DNA of 64,000 bases. Source: Spirochaetota bacterium (GTDB taxonomy: Bacteria; Spirochaetota; UBA4802; UBA5550). A program made the position numbers and the translations under genes. The DNA is taken from NCBI GenBank assembly GCA_022709405.1, contig JAKLIV010000002.1, forward strand, positions 5,700-69,699. The letters are read 5' to 3'. The notes below the pieces were generated by a model, which was given only the letters and a program-made list of their open reading frames with translations, was not told the origin of the DNA and made no database searches. Shown here one piece after another: positions 47,989-58,842 of the stretch. Position 1 is the stretch's first letter. Every line of letters begins with the position of its first letter.

Positions 47989-50184
47989 TCATGCTCCCGA
48001 CTGTCCGCTCTTGCTCTTGTCGATCACCCACTGAACGGCATACTGCACCATCTCGGATGCGCTTTCCAGGTTCAGCTTGTTTTTAATGCGCTCGCGGTAA
48101 TTCTCCACGGTCTTCACGCTTATATTGAGCTTCTCCGCGATGTGCCTGTTGCCCAGGCCGTTCCCGATGTACTGGAACACCTCGAACTCCCTCATGGTGA
48201 GGCATTCCAGGGACGACATCGTCTCCCTTCGGCCCTCGTACGGCATGCGGCTGATAAGCTCGGCCGTGACCCTGGCGCTCAGGAACTGTTTGCCCGCCAG
48301 CACGGTGCGAATCGCGGTGACCACGGTCTGAGGGGCCTCCTGCTTCATCACGTATCCCCTGGCCCCGGCCCTGAGCGCCCTCTCCGCATAGATCATCTCG
48401 TCGTAGATCGAAAGCACGAGCACGGGCAGCCCTGCGTAGCGCGCCCTGAGCGCCTTGATCAGGTCAAGACCGCTCGCGCCGTCTATTGATATGTCCACGA
48501 TGATAAGGTGCGGATTCAGCCTCGCCACCTGGCGCACCGCCTCGTCGGCGTTCGTCGCCTCGCCGCACACGAGAAGGTCCTCTTCCCGGTTGATGATCTG
48601 CGCGAGCCCCTGGCGCACGATCGGATGGTCATCGACCACGAGAATCCCGGCCTTGCGGTCAGAGGTGTTCACCATGTATTTCTTCATGTCGCTTTCCGAG
48701 ATATCGGGCCGCCTGGAGCCTTCATGCTTGCGCAGATTGCAGGTGATGACAGTTCCGCCGCCGGCGTTGCGCTCGATAGAGAAGGCCGCGCCGATGATCC
48801 ATGAACGGTACCGCATGATCCGTATCCCGACCCCGCTGCTTTCCTCGAAAGAGTCCGGAAGGCCCTCCCCGTCGTCGGTGATCTTCATCGTGATCATATT
48901 TTCGCCCGATGTCATTGTTATGATCACGTTCCCGGCCTTGCCGTGCACGACGGCGTTCTCCACCGCCTCCCTGGCGATGTAGTAGAAATTCGAGGCCTCG
49001 AGATCGTCGATCCGTCCGAGATCTTCATCCAGATTGAGCAGGCACTTGACCCTGCCCTTTTTCTCGAACTCGAGGCGAAGCTCTTCGAACGCGGCATATA
49101 GACCGCCCGACGCCATGTCCACCGGGCAAAGGTCGCGCGCGAGGCCCCTGGTCTGGGTCATGGCGTCATGAATAAGATTGATTATCTCCTCCATGCCGGC
49201 GGCCTCTTCCGGATTTTTCTCCTTGAGCTTGAGCCGGAGTATTTCGCTCTTGAACACGAGCCCCGCCAGGTTCTGTCCCAGCCTTTCATGAAGGTCCTGC
49301 CCGATTTTGTGGCGCTCCATCTCTGAACTGCTCAGTATCATCCTTTCGAGGCGTTTGCGCTCGGTCATGTCGATTCCGACGAAAAACACGAAATCAAGCG
49401 ACTCGTCCTTGCGGAAAAACGGCCGCGCGTGCCATTCGACCAGGCGCTCCTCCCCCGACCTGGTCAGCACCTTGTTCTCGATGACCATCTCCTTTCTGCT
49501 TCTTTTAAGGGCCTCGAAGCTGTGAACGGCCGCATCACGTTCGGCGGGCGGTATGATCTTCGATACGTAATCCCCGCCGGAGACCTCCCCGATCTGGTAG
49601 CCCAGGGCCTCGAGAAACGAACGGTTCATCGTGATTACCGATCCCTTTTCGTCCAGCGCTATGTAGTAGGCCGGCGATGCGTCCTCCAGGCTCCTGATGA
49701 AATCCCGCTCCTTGATGAGCTTCTGCTCGGACTGCACCAGCGCGATCGTCCTCTCTCTCACCGCTACTTCGAGCAGGTCCTTTTCCCTGCGCAGCAGGTC
49801 CTCGGCGTTCTTTATCCTGAGCATTACCTTGATTTGCGCGACAAGTTCGGCCTCGTCCACCGGCTTGGTCAGAAACGCGTCAGCCCCGGTCTCGAGTCCC
49901 CTGATCCTGCTGCTGACGTCTGTCTTTATTGCTGTCAGCAGGATAATGGGTATGTGCGAAGTCGCGGGCTCGGCCTTGAGAATCGTGCACACTTCGAAGC
50001 CGTCCATGCCGGGCATTTTAATGTCGAGTATGATCACGTCTGGAAGGTTCGCCGACGCCTTCTCGATCCCCTCGGGCCCCGACTGGGCGGTCAGCACCGA
50101 GCATCCCGGCATGAAGCTCTTGAGCAGGGCCGATATGGTTATCAGGTTGTCCTGGTTGTCGTCGATCGCGAGAATCGTGCTCAT
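47989..50184 (-). CDS. fused REC-PAS-histidine kinase (HisKA_3/NarX-LiaS type)-HATPase-REC-LuxR HTH protein (kinase and NarL-type regulator in one polypeptide)
   Basis: 731 aa. N-terminal receiver (ILAIDDNQDNL...ILDIKMPGMDG). PAS. H-box ERHKIGQDLHERLGQNLAGL. ATPase G-boxes. Second receiver (ILVVDDHPIVRQGL...). C-terminal LTMREFEVFQYIGNGLGNRHIAEKLNISVKTVENYR LuxR-type HTH. Confidence 0.8.
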   Translation of the reverse strand: MSTILAIDDNQDNLITISALLKSFMPGCSVLTAQSGPEGIEKASANLPDVIILDIKMPGMDGFEVCTILKAEPATSHIPIILLTAIKTDVSSRIRGLETGADAFLTKPVDEAELVAQIKVMLRIKNAEDLLRREKDLLEVAVRERTIALVQSEQKLIKERDFIRSLEDASPAYYIALDEKGSVITMNRSFLEALGYQIGEVSGGDYVSKIIPPAERDAAVHSFEALKRSRKEMVIENKVLTRSGEERLVEWHARPFFRKDESLDFVFFVGIDMTERKRLERMILSSSEMERHKIGQDLHERLGQNLAGLVFKSEILRLKLKEKNPEEAAGMEEIINLIHDAMTQTRGLARDLCPVDMASGGLYAAFEELRLEFEKKGRVKCLLNLDEDLGRIDDLEASNFYYIAREAVENAVVHGKAGNVIITMTSGENMITMKITDDGEGLPDSFEESSGVGIRIMRYRSWIIGAAFSIERNAGGGTVITCNLRKHEGSRRPDISESDMKKYMVNTSDRKAGILVVDDHPIVRQGLAQIINREEDLLVCGEATNADEAVRQVARLNPHLIIVDISIDGASGLDLIKALRARYAGLPVLVLSIYDEMIYAERALRAGARGYVMKQEAPQTVVTAIRTVLAGKQFLSARVTAELISRMPYEGRRETMSSLECLTMREFEVFQYIGNGLGNRHIAEKLNISVKTVENYRERIKNKLNLESASEMVQYAVQWVIDKSKSGQSGA

Positions 50185-53141
50185 TTTTCCCTCAGCCAGA
50201 AGCGGATTTTTTCGGTCAGGTCCTGCACGGTGAACGGCTTGGGTATATAGTCGTCGCAGCCCGCTTCAATGGTCTTCTCGCGATCGCCCGACATGGTGAG
50301 CGCGGTCAGGGCGATGCAGGGGATGCTCCTGGTCTCCCGGTTTTCCTTGAGCTCCCGCGCGACGATGAATCCGTTCTTTTCGGGAAGCGCCATATCGAGG
50401 AGTATGAGGTCAGGACGCTCCGAAAAAACCATGGCCACGGCCTCGTTCCCGTCGTGCGCCTCGCACACACGGTACCGTTCTCGCAGGACCGCCCTCACCG
50501 CAAGTATGTTGTCGCTGTCGTCGTCGACGACCAGAACCTTCGGCAGGACGCTGCGCGTCCTGATCCTCGACGAGCTCCATGTCCTGCCGGCCGCCGCCGA
50601 ATCCCCCGCCATGAGCACCGAAAGGGGAACCGATACGTCCCTCTTGATGTCGAGGTTGTTCAGCTCTCTCTCGTCGAGCTCCTCGGGATCGCGCCATTCG
50701 ACCGGAAAAAGTATCTCGAACCTCGTGCCGGTGCCGACCTTGCTCGACACGCTGATGGTCCCTGAAATCAACTGCGCCGACTTCGAAGCTATCGCAAGGC
50801 CGAGGCCCGTGCCCTCGTACCTGCGCGTCAGCGTTCCGTCGATCTGCCTGAACTCCTCGAAAATATGCGGAAGCTCCCTCGGATCGATGCCGATACCGGT
50901 ATCGTCCACCGATACAGCCGCGCCCGATTCCTCCGAGGAAACGGTTATCGTCACGCCGCCCCGTTCGGTGAACTTCACCGCGTTTCCGATGATGTTCTGC
51001 AGAATCTGGTACACCCTCGACTCGTCGCTCTCGATATGGGGGATGTCTCCCTCGATGACGAGCTTGAGGCCGATACCCTTGTCCTCGGCAATCTGCTCCA
51101 GGTTGTCGACGATCACGCGGACGATGCCGACGAGCGAAAGCGGCTTGATCTTGAGGTCGATCCTTCCGGCCTCGATCTTCGAAAGGTCCAGTATGTCGTT
51201 TATCAGGGACAGCAATTTGCCGCCGTTCCGGTCGATTATTTCGAGATATTCCATTTCTTCATCCGTCAGGCGGTCCTTCCCCTGCAGGATGAGCACGTGT
51301 GACAGGGCCACAATCGAATTCAGCGGCGTCCGAAGCTCATGGCTCATATTGGAAAGGAATTCGGTCTTGAGCTTGTTGGCCTCCTCGACCTTGAGCCTCT
51401 GGTTCTCCAGCTCCATGTTCTGCTTCTGGACCCTCTCGCTCTGGTGCTTGAGCTCCCGGGCCTGGGTTATCAGCTCCTCCTTCTGGTTCTCGAGAAGCTG
51501 GTTTTTTTCAGAAAGCTCCTTTGCGAGCCTTCTTGACTCCTCGTCTGAGAGTATGTTCGAGAAGGCCGTGTTCATTACCGGCCGGACCTGGTTCAGTATC
51601 GTCGCGACCTCGAACGGGTACTCAGTGAGTGTCGCCAGGGAAATGATGGCCACGGTCCTGTTGTTGACGATGACCGGGATGGTCATGATCTCCTTGGGCA
51701 CGATGTCGCCGATGATTGTGCGCATGCGCACCATGGATTTCTCGGAAATGTTCCTTGTCACGGCTATCTCACGGGTCGCCAGCACCCTCCCGAATTCGCC
51801 CTCAAGCCTTCCGGCATGGAATGTCTCGAGCGAGCCGATATCGAGACCGATCGAAGTGACATGGTTGAATTCGCGGCCGTCGGGAGACAGCATGTAAAAG
51901 GCGCCGACGCTCGATTCGGTCACCTCGACGAATTTTCTGAGCACGTTCCTGCTGAATTCATCCAGGCTCAGGGTCGAGACCATGACCTGTATGATGTCGG
52001 AGCTGATTTTCTGGACATTGAGCTGCGAGACTATGATTTCGGTCATCCTGTTGAACGATGCGGCCATCGCGCCGATTTCATCGTTCCCGAAGGGCAGAGA
52101 TCTGGCGGTGTAGTCGCCGTCCGAAATCCGTTCCGCCACGCGGGCGACGGATTTCATCGGTGCGGAAATCCATACTGCAACACCCCTTGCCGCGAAAAAT
52201 ACTGCGGCGGCGAAGGCGATCGAAAGGCCCGCCATCAGCGAGAGCAGCGTGTAAACCGGACCGTATGCCTCGTCTGCGTCCTTTTTAACCACGATGCCCC
52301 ATCCGAGACGGGGGATGTGCCGGTATGCGGCCAGTACCATTTTCCCGCGGTAGTCCCTGCACATGGCCACCCCCGACCCGCCCCGTACGGAGGCAAGGGA
52401 TGCCTCATCGCGAAGTTTTTTCGATATCAGGTAGCCGTTCTGCCCCCGGAGCGGGCTCATCGCCGAGAGATCCCTGTTTACCAGCTGGATTTCGCCCGAC
52501 TTGTCCAGATCATCGTGCTCGAGAAGGAGCCCGTAGATCGAGCGTTCGAGATTGATACGGGCCACGAGCAGGCCGAATGGTTTTTTCGCGCCCAGCCCGG
52601 ATGGCCCGAGAGGCAGTGCGATAGTCATTGTGGGGATGTTCAGCCTGCTGGAAAAATATATGCCGCGGATCGCGATATCGCCGCCGGCTCCCGAATCGAC
52701 GACATATTCCCGGTGCAGAAAATCTATGCCCAGGCCCTTGCTGTCGGTCGAATATACGGTTCTTCCGGTCCGGGCGCTGACAATGAATATCTCGCGGTAA
52801 ACAGAGTTGTTTTCAAGGTAGGAGTTCAGGACCCACGACAGCGCGCCCGGGGCGGTTCCGGCAGGCCGTGCGCCGACGCACAGTTCCCGCGCCGGGGCAT
52901 AGAGGTCGTTCAATCTCGACATGGTCTTCAGGTCACCCTCGACGCGGTCTACGATGGCGATGATTTCCCGGGTCCTGTCGTCCCTGATCGACTCGATGAT
53001 CCCTGTCTCCCTTTCATGAACATGCATCCAGAAAAAGACAATCGAGGGGATGCAGAACACGAGACACGCCAATCCGAAAAAGATAAAAGACCTGACAAGG
53101 AGCCTCGATTCGATCGATCTGTATGTTGAGCCTGTTTTCAT
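50181..53141 (-). CDS. hybrid sensor histidine kinase: TM-Cache-like sensor-HAMP-GAF-HisKA-HATPase-REC-REC
   Basis: 986 aa. SHELRTPLNSI H-box. C-terminal dual receivers (VLVVDDDSDNILAV...). ATGA overlap with the downstream gene. Confidence 0.8.
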   Translation of the reverse strand: MKTGSTYRSIESRLLVRSFIFFGLACLVFCIPSIVFFWMHVHERETGIIESIRDDRTREIIAIVDRVEGDLKTMSRLNDLYAPARELCVGARPAGTAPGALSWVLNSYLENNSVYREIFIVSARTGRTVYSTDSKGLGIDFLHREYVVDSGAGGDIAIRGIYFSSRLNIPTMTIALPLGPSGLGAKKPFGLLVARINLERSIYGLLLEHDDLDKSGEIQLVNRDLSAMSPLRGQNGYLISKKLRDEASLASVRGGSGVAMCRDYRGKMVLAAYRHIPRLGWGIVVKKDADEAYGPVYTLLSLMAGLSIAFAAAVFFAARGVAVWISAPMKSVARVAERISDGDYTARSLPFGNDEIGAMAASFNRMTEIIVSQLNVQKISSDIIQVMVSTLSLDEFSRNVLRKFVEVTESSVGAFYMLSPDGREFNHVTSIGLDIGSLETFHAGRLEGEFGRVLATREIAVTRNISEKSMVRMRTIIGDIVPKEIMTIPVIVNNRTVAIISLATLTEYPFEVATILNQVRPVMNTAFSNILSDEESRRLAKELSEKNQLLENQKEELITQARELKHQSERVQKQNMELENQRLKVEEANKLKTEFLSNMSHELRTPLNSIVALSHVLILQGKDRLTDEEMEYLEIIDRNGGKLLSLINDILDLSKIEAGRIDLKIKPLSLVGIVRVIVDNLEQIAEDKGIGLKLVIEGDIPHIESDESRVYQILQNIIGNAVKFTERGGVTITVSSEESGAAVSVDDTGIGIDPRELPHIFEEFRQIDGTLTRRYEGTGLGLAIASKSAQLISGTISVSSKVGTGTRFEILFPVEWRDPEELDERELNNLDIKRDVSVPLSVLMAGDSAAAGRTWSSSRIRTRSVLPKVLVVDDDSDNILAVRAVLRERYRVCEAHDGNEAVAMVFSERPDLILLDMALPEKNGFIVARELKENRETRSIPCIALTALTMSGDREKTIEAGCDDYIPKPFTVQDLTEKIRFWLREK

Positions 53142-53158
53142 TGAGTATCGCAGACGAA

Positions 53159-53656
53159 TTATTTTTTCTGTGCTTCCAGGGCGAGTTTCACTATGTAGGA
53201 GATATTATAGAAAATGCTTATCCCGCCTATAAACCGCTCCTTGACCATACCGAGCGGCAGCCTGTCAATATCAAACTTGATTTCATCGATTATCCTCATT
53301 ACCGAGGTGTGAATCGACAGCACGTGCTCGAACCCGAACTCCCCGACGCACGCCTGAAGCGCCGGATTTACCAGTGAAACGTCCTTGATTATGGACCTCA
53401 GACATTCTTTTATGTGCCGGTCACGGTCGACAAGGATTTTTTCAAGGATGCAGACGCGCGCGATTTCGTATCCCAGCAGCACTTCCTGGCTGTTTCTATG
53501 GCTGTATGAGTCGGGATAGCGGTTGAAATACGCTTCGCCGAGCCTGAACATTTCATCGGTATCGAACATGAATTCCCCGTTCAGGGAGACGATCTTTTCC
53601 CTGAACTCGTCGAAGTTGCCTGTTTCGATGAAAATCCGGGCCGGCGACTGGCTCAT
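53159..53656 (-). CDS. hypothetical cytoplasmic protein embedded in the signalling island
   Basis: Start MSQSPARIF at 53656 with RBS aggaga. No recognisable motif. Confidence 0.4.
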   Translation of the reverse strand: MSQSPARIFIETGNFDEFREKIVSLNGEFMFDTDEMFRLGEAYFNRYPDSYSHRNSQEVLLGYEIARVCILEKILVDRDRHIKECLRSIIKDVSLVNPALQACVGEFGFEHVLSIHTSVMRIIDEIKFDIDRLPLGMVKERFIGGISIFYNISYIVKLALEAQKK

Positions 53657-53672
53657 GCTTTCTCCTGTTTCA

Positions 53673-54059
53673 TCAGGCGCCGCCCCTGCGGTCCAGCGCT
53701 TCACGAACCGCGCCTACCAGCAGTTCCGGGTCGATCGGCTTTTTCAGAAATCCGTCGAACCCGATTTTAGAGAAATCATACCTGTTGTCGACCGCATCGG
53801 CGATGCTGCTTATCAGGATAACCGTAACGCGTGGGTATCTGGCCTTTATTTCGCGCACCAGGTTCACTCCCGTGTCGATCGACTCCATCATCATGTCGCA
53901 CAGGACGAGATCGGGCTCCCTTGCGGTCAAAAAACCGAGCGCTTCGTCATAGCCGAGCGCCCCGGCTGTTTCGTATCCGGATGCGTCGAGTACGGCCCGG
54001 GTCGTCATTACAATGACCGGGTCGTCGTCGATTATTAATATCAGCCTGCGCGCATTCAT
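53673..54059 (-). CDS. single-domain CheY-like response regulator receiver
   Basis: 128 aa. LILIIDDDPVIV...LVLCDMMM...LKKP. Confidence 0.8.
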   Translation of the reverse strand: MNARRLILIIDDDPVIVMTTRAVLDASGYETAGALGYDEALGFLTAREPDLVLCDMMMESIDTGVNLVREIKARYPRVTVILISSIADAVDNRYDFSKIGFDGFLKKPIDPELLVGAVREALDRRGGA

Positions 54060-54062
54060 GTC

Positions 54063-55133
54063 TCACGCCCTGGGCACAGTGAAGTTGAACCGCACCCATG
54101 ATCCTTCCTCTGATTCGGCCCATATCTTCCCGTTGTGCTTTTCGACGATCTTCTTGCAAATATACAGGCCGAGGCCCGACCCCTTCACTCCTTCGGTCCC
54201 TTTCTGCTTGAGCCTGATGAACTTGCCGAAGAGCTTTTCATCAATGTCCTTTTTGGAAATCCCGACACCCTCGTTGTAAATCGAGAAGACCGCGTATCCG
54301 CCCTCTTCGCGCAGCGAGATCTTCACGTCGGTGCCCTCCTTCCCGTATTTGATCGCGTTGTTGACCAGGTTGGTGACGACGATCTTGAGAAGATTCGGAT
54401 CGCCCTTGACGGATATCTCGCCCTTGAAATCCGCGACCAAATTCATCTTTTTCATGTTATTGCCGTATTCGGGGACCTCGATGACCGGCTTTATCACGGC
54501 CTCGACGAACCCGATGTTCTCCTGGAACGATTCAAGCTGGTCGAGCTCCATTTTCGACAGGTCGATGTACGTGCGGATTATATCTTCCAGATACTGGCAG
54601 TTGCGGATGATGGTCTCGATTATCTGCTGCTGCTTAGGCTCGAGATTCCCGAAATATCCCTTGTAAAGGGTGTCGGCCGTCGTCCGCACGACCGATACCG
54701 GGCTTTTCAGCTCGTGGGAAACGATCGCCATGAGATCGAGCATCTGGGCGCTCCCCTGGTCGATCCGCGCCTTTATCGCGTTCTTTATCACGTCTCTGAA
54801 CTCCTCGGGGGTGAATGGTTTGGGAATATAATCGAACGCCCCCAGCTTGAGGGCCTCGCGGGCTGTTTCCGCGGTGGCGAAGCCGGTGAAGATGACCACG
54901 ACGAAATCCCTTTTTTGGTTCTTCACCCTGCGAAGGAACTCCATGCCGCCCATGCCGGGCATCATGAGGTCGGTGATGACCACGTCATACTCTTTCTGGT
55001 CGATTTTTTCGAGCCCCTGCTCCGCGGAGGTGGCGGTATCGATTTCATAGGTTTCGTGTTTCAGGATCCGCAGGCAGCTTTTCAGGACGATGTCCTCGTC
55101 GTCGATGATCAGCAGTTTTGTTGATGTATCCAT
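54063..55133 (-). CDS. REC-HisKA-HATPase hybrid histidine kinase (cytoplasmic)
   Basis: 356 aa. Receiver LLIIDDEDIVL...ITDLMMPGMGG. H-box SHELKSPVSV. G-boxes GSGLGLYI. Confidence 0.8.
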   Translation of the reverse strand: MDTSTKLLIIDDEDIVLKSCLRILKHETYEIDTATSAEQGLEKIDQKEYDVVITDLMMPGMGGMEFLRRVKNQKRDFVVVIFTGFATAETAREALKLGAFDYIPKPFTPEEFRDVIKNAIKARIDQGSAQMLDLMAIVSHELKSPVSVVRTTADTLYKGYFGNLEPKQQQIIETIIRNCQYLEDIIRTYIDLSKMELDQLESFQENIGFVEAVIKPVIEVPEYGNNMKKMNLVADFKGEISVKGDPNLLKIVVTNLVNNAIKYGKEGTDVKISLREEGGYAVFSIYNEGVGISKKDIDEKLFGKFIRLKQKGTEGVKGSGLGLYICKKIVEKHNGKIWAESEEGSWVRFNFTVPRA

Positions 55134-55157
55134 TATAGCGACTCCAGGTTATTATTT

Positions 55158-57113
55158 TCAACTCACGGGCAGCTCGATCGTGAATGTCGTACCTTTCCCA
55201 ACCAGGCTGTGCACGTTTATGTTTCCCCCGTGGCGCTCGATTATTCCGTAAATTACCGCGAGCCCCAGGCCGGTTCCTTTTCCGGTTTCCTTTGTGGTGA
55301 AAAACGGATCGAATATCCTGCCGATGATCTCCTCGGGGATGCCGACGCCGGTGTCCGAGACATCCATGACGATGGTCCCTTTCTCCTTGTTGTGGTACGT
55401 CGAGATGGTCAGCTCTCCCCCGTCCGGCATGGCGTCGGCCGCGTTCACGCACAGGTTATTGATGACCGACTTCATCTGGTTGACGTCGAAATTTGATATC
55501 GGAATCGTCGGAGCCAGTTCCTTGATGATCCGGATATTCTGGAAATTCACGTGCTTTTCGAGAATGGACAGGGCCTCCATGATTATCTGGTTTATCTGGA
55601 CCGGCTGTTTCTCGAGCTTCGTCTCCCTCGCGAAGTCAAGCATGCCACGGACTATCTTGCGGCAGCGGAGAGTTTCAGTTATGATGGTGTCCAGATCTTC
55701 GGCGTATTCCGTGTTGTTCAGGTCCTCTTTGAGCAGGCTGCTGTATGTCAGGATCCCGGTCAGGGGATTGTTGATCTCGTGCGCGATCCCCGAAGCGAGT
55801 CGACCCAGGGATGCGAGCTTTTCTGACTGCACCATCTGTTTTTGCGTCTGCTCTTTAAGCATCCTGTCCCTTTCATCGATAGCGTCAACCATTTTGTTGA
55901 ACGTGTTTATCAGATTCCCGATTTCACCCTCGTACTGGTTCATTATTTTACGGTTCAGGTTGCCCTTTGCCACCTCTTTCGACGCGTCAACCAGGATGTT
56001 TATCGGTTTTATGATGTAGCGAATGAGGTACGAGGAAAGTATTATCGCCACGGTTGCCGATATGCACAGGGTCAGCAGAAAATAGGATGTCGTCTTTCTC
56101 TGTACGCTGCGGTATTTGTCTTCGAGTATCCCGACATAGAGTATGCCGACCGCTTTGTCGTTTACGTCATATATCGGCACATAGCCCGAAATATACCACG
56201 TGTTGACCACGAAAGCCTTGTCGAGCCAGAGCTTCTGTTGTATGAACACCTTGTCGTATACCTCTTTCGACACCCTGGTCCCGATTGTCCTTACTCCGTC
56301 GTTGTTTTTGACGTTCGTCGATATCCGGAGGTCATCGAGAAAAATGGTCGCGGTCCCGAGCTCGCGGCCGTCGATTTTTTCATCCTTGAACACGAGGCTC
56401 CTGATCTGGTCGACGATCTCGTAATTGTTGTTTATGATAACCGCACCGTAAATGACCCCGATGAAGCGCTCGCCGCTGAAAATCGGGTATGCGGCCTTGA
56501 GCGCCATCGCGCGGTCCTCGAACTTTTTGTCCACGGGCCGGGCCCTTTCGGTGGGGATCACATTGATATACGCCTGTTCGGCCAGGTCGCTCCCCTCGCG
56601 GGCGAGCATCTCTTTCGGGATGATATCGGTGCCATAGCAGGGCTTCTTGTTGTCCAGAACCTTCATAATGCAGGAATCGGCGCTTACATCGTCGCCTGCG
56701 AGCATCCGGTTGCGGGAGCGAACGATTATTCGTCCTCTGTCGTCGGTAATGTTCAGGATATCGAGATTGAGCTCTTCCTTTACCTCCGTCAGCTTCTTGA
56801 AAAGAAGCGTTCTGTCCCGGTTGGCGACGGCCTTTTCGATATATGAAAGGGATGCGACATGCTTCACCAGAAGGTTGATGCTGTTGATCTTGTTTTCATA
56901 GACATACTGGGCGGTATTTATGTCTCTGAGCACCGCGTCATACGCCTGTCCCATGATATTGCTGTTGATTATTCCGTAGCCGATAATTATAGACGATATC
57001 CCCGTGATCAACACGATAGAAAGAAGGCTCGCAATGAGCCTTATACGGATATTAATGGTTATTCTCTTACGCATCCGGCAAAGCCGTTCCCTCTTTTTTA
57101 TAATAGCATGCAT
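55158..57113 (-). CDS. membrane sensor histidine kinase with double-Cache-like periplasmic domain and HAMP
   Basis: 651 aa. [12 protein letters not shown]-box. GTGLGLAV G2-box. Alternative start at 57074. Confidence 0.8.
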   Translation of the reverse strand: MHAIIKKRERLCRMRKRITINIRIRLIASLLSIVLITGISSIIIGYGIINSNIMGQAYDAVLRDINTAQYVYENKINSINLLVKHVASLSYIEKAVANRDRTLLFKKLTEVKEELNLDILNITDDRGRIIVRSRNRMLAGDDVSADSCIMKVLDNKKPCYGTDIIPKEMLAREGSDLAEQAYINVIPTERARPVDKKFEDRAMALKAAYPIFSGERFIGVIYGAVIINNNYEIVDQIRSLVFKDEKIDGRELGTATIFLDDLRISTNVKNNDGVRTIGTRVSKEVYDKVFIQQKLWLDKAFVVNTWYISGYVPIYDVNDKAVGILYVGILEDKYRSVQRKTTSYFLLTLCISATVAIILSSYLIRYIIKPINILVDASKEVAKGNLNRKIMNQYEGEIGNLINTFNKMVDAIDERDRMLKEQTQKQMVQSEKLASLGRLASGIAHEINNPLTGILTYSSLLKEDLNNTEYAEDLDTIITETLRCRKIVRGMLDFARETKLEKQPVQINQIIMEALSILEKHVNFQNIRIIKELAPTIPISNFDVNQMKSVINNLCVNAADAMPDGGELTISTYHNKEKGTIVMDVSDTGVGIPEEIIGRIFDPFFTTKETGKGTGLGLAVIYGIIERHGGNINVHSLVGKGTTFTIELPVS

Positions 57114-57278
57114 TTGGCAAATCTAAAGGTCAAGCAAAAAAGGAATAACAACCCCGGCGGCCCTGCTTTAGCTCAGCCACCTTCCCCTTACCAAGGGATT
57201 GACATGGAAGGGGTGTAAAAAACATTGACATCACCGGTACGCTGTGCACAGATAAATCTTGTAAAATCCGGTCAATCG

Positions 57279-58592
57279 ATGAAAAAGAACAGTAATACCA
57301 ACCTCCGGTATATAGACGCAGCAGCGCCCGGCCGTGAGACACAGGCTCCCGGCATCTATTCCCCTTCGGAAAAGGAGATCGCGGCCATAGACCGGGTAAA
57401 CCGGAAAATTGCCGGGCTCCGCAACGTCCGGGATACATTGGAATTCCTTTTCGCCGAAACCCAGGACCTTTTTCCCTGCGACAGGATCGGCCTGGCTTTT
57501 TTCGAGGAGGGAGGCAAGCGTCTGGCCCTCCGTCATGTCATCGCAAACTATTCCCCGCAGTTTATCGGTGAAGGATATACATCTGATGTTTCGGGCAGCT
57601 CGCTCGAAAAGATCTTCAGCGACGGAACTCCCCGCATCATAAACGACCTGGAAGCTTATGCGGCCGCAAACCCGGGCAGCGCATCGACCGCCCTCCTCCT
57701 CAGGGAGGGAGTCATGAGCAGCATGACATGCCCGCTCCTGGTCGACGGGCGGCCGGTCGCCCTGCTTTTCAGAAGCGCACGCCGGAAAAACGCATATAAT
57801 GAAAGGGAAATTTCACTGCACCTTCTCATAGCCGAGCGTCTGTCGCAGGCGGTCGAGAAAACCTACCTCATCGACGAGCTTTCCAGGGCCATGAACTCAT
57901 ACATGGAAATGCTCGGCTTCGTCACCCACGAGCTGAAAAGCCCCCTGGATTCGATCATAATGATGGGTAAAACCATGTCTTCGGGTTACCTGGGCGAACT
58001 TTCACCGAAGCACAAGGATTACATCGACCGCATGATCAGAAAGGCCGAATATCTCAGCTCGATCGCAGGCGATTACCTGAACCTCTCCCGCTTTGAAAGC
58101 GGCAGAGTCACATTCAACCCGCGCAATGCCGGTTTCATCCGCGAGATTGCCGAGGAGTCGCTGGAGATCATAATGCCGCAGGCGCGCGAAAAAAACATCG
58201 CCATAGAAAAGCGGTATTCAGAACCGGAAATCTCCGTCGAGTGCGACCAGGCGCTGATGAAAATCGTCATGGTGAACCTTCTGGGCAACGCGGTGAAATA
58301 CGGCGACGCCGACGGCATCGTCAGGCTCACCGTGTCGGCCGGTAATGGTACGCTCTCGGTTGCGGTGTGGAACAGCGGACCGGGCTTCGCGCCGGAAGAA
58401 AAGCACAGGCTCTTCAAGAAATTTTCCCGCCTCGGCTCGCCGGAGCTCGCAGCGAGGAAGGGATCGGGCATCGGCCTTTATACGACATGGAAAATAATTC
58501 AGGTCCACGGCGGGAAGATATGGGCGGATTCGGAAAAAGGAGAATGGGCTGAATTCAGCTTTACCTTGCCGCTCGCGCCTTCAAGCCGATAA
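57279..58592 (+). CDS. GAF-domain sensor histidine kinase (cytoplasmic)
   Basis: THELKSPLDSI H-box. GSGIGLYTT G-box. Start taken at MKKNSNTN. The ORF track's ATG at 57225 is also possible. Divergent from the Cache kinase. Confidence 0.75.
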   Translation: MKKNSNTNLRYIDAAAPGRETQAPGIYSPSEKEIAAIDRVNRKIAGLRNVRDTLEFLFAETQDLFPCDRIGLAFFEEGGKRLALRHVIANYSPQFIGEGYTSDVSGSSLEKIFSDGTPRIINDLEAYAAANPGSASTALLLREGVMSSMTCPLLVDGRPVALLFRSARRKNAYNEREISLHLLIAERLSQAVEKTYLIDELSRAMNSYMEMLGFVTHELKSPLDSIIMMGKTMSSGYLGELSPKHKDYIDRMIRKAEYLSSIAGDYLNLSRFESGRVTFNPRNAGFIREIAEESLEIIMPQAREKNIAIEKRYSEPEISVECDQALMKIVMVNLLGNAVKYGDADGIVRLTVSAGNGTLSVAVWNSGPGFAPEEKHRLFKKFSRLGSPELAARKGSGIGLYTTWKIIQVHGGKIWADSEKGEWAEFSFTLPLAPSSR

Positions 58593-58842
58593 TCGCGTTA
58601 ATACCGCTATATGTTCGTCCTGGACTCAAATCATAACGGTGGTGCATCCAGCAGCAACAGGCCCCCTCATCCGGCGTTGGCCGCCATGGCTGCCGACGCC
58701 GGGAATGTTCAATATTACTTGGTCATTCATTATCGTTTAGTATAAAAAATTTTTGCAGGCGATTTGCACCATTATTGGGCAGGATTGGTACAATACATCA
58801 TAGAGGCAATTATCTTACTTTTTTATTTCATACGGAGACGAT

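Noticed and set aside
50269-51897. 542-aa plus-strand ORF
   Set aside because: Antisense to the hybrid histidine kinase. Extreme Ser bias.
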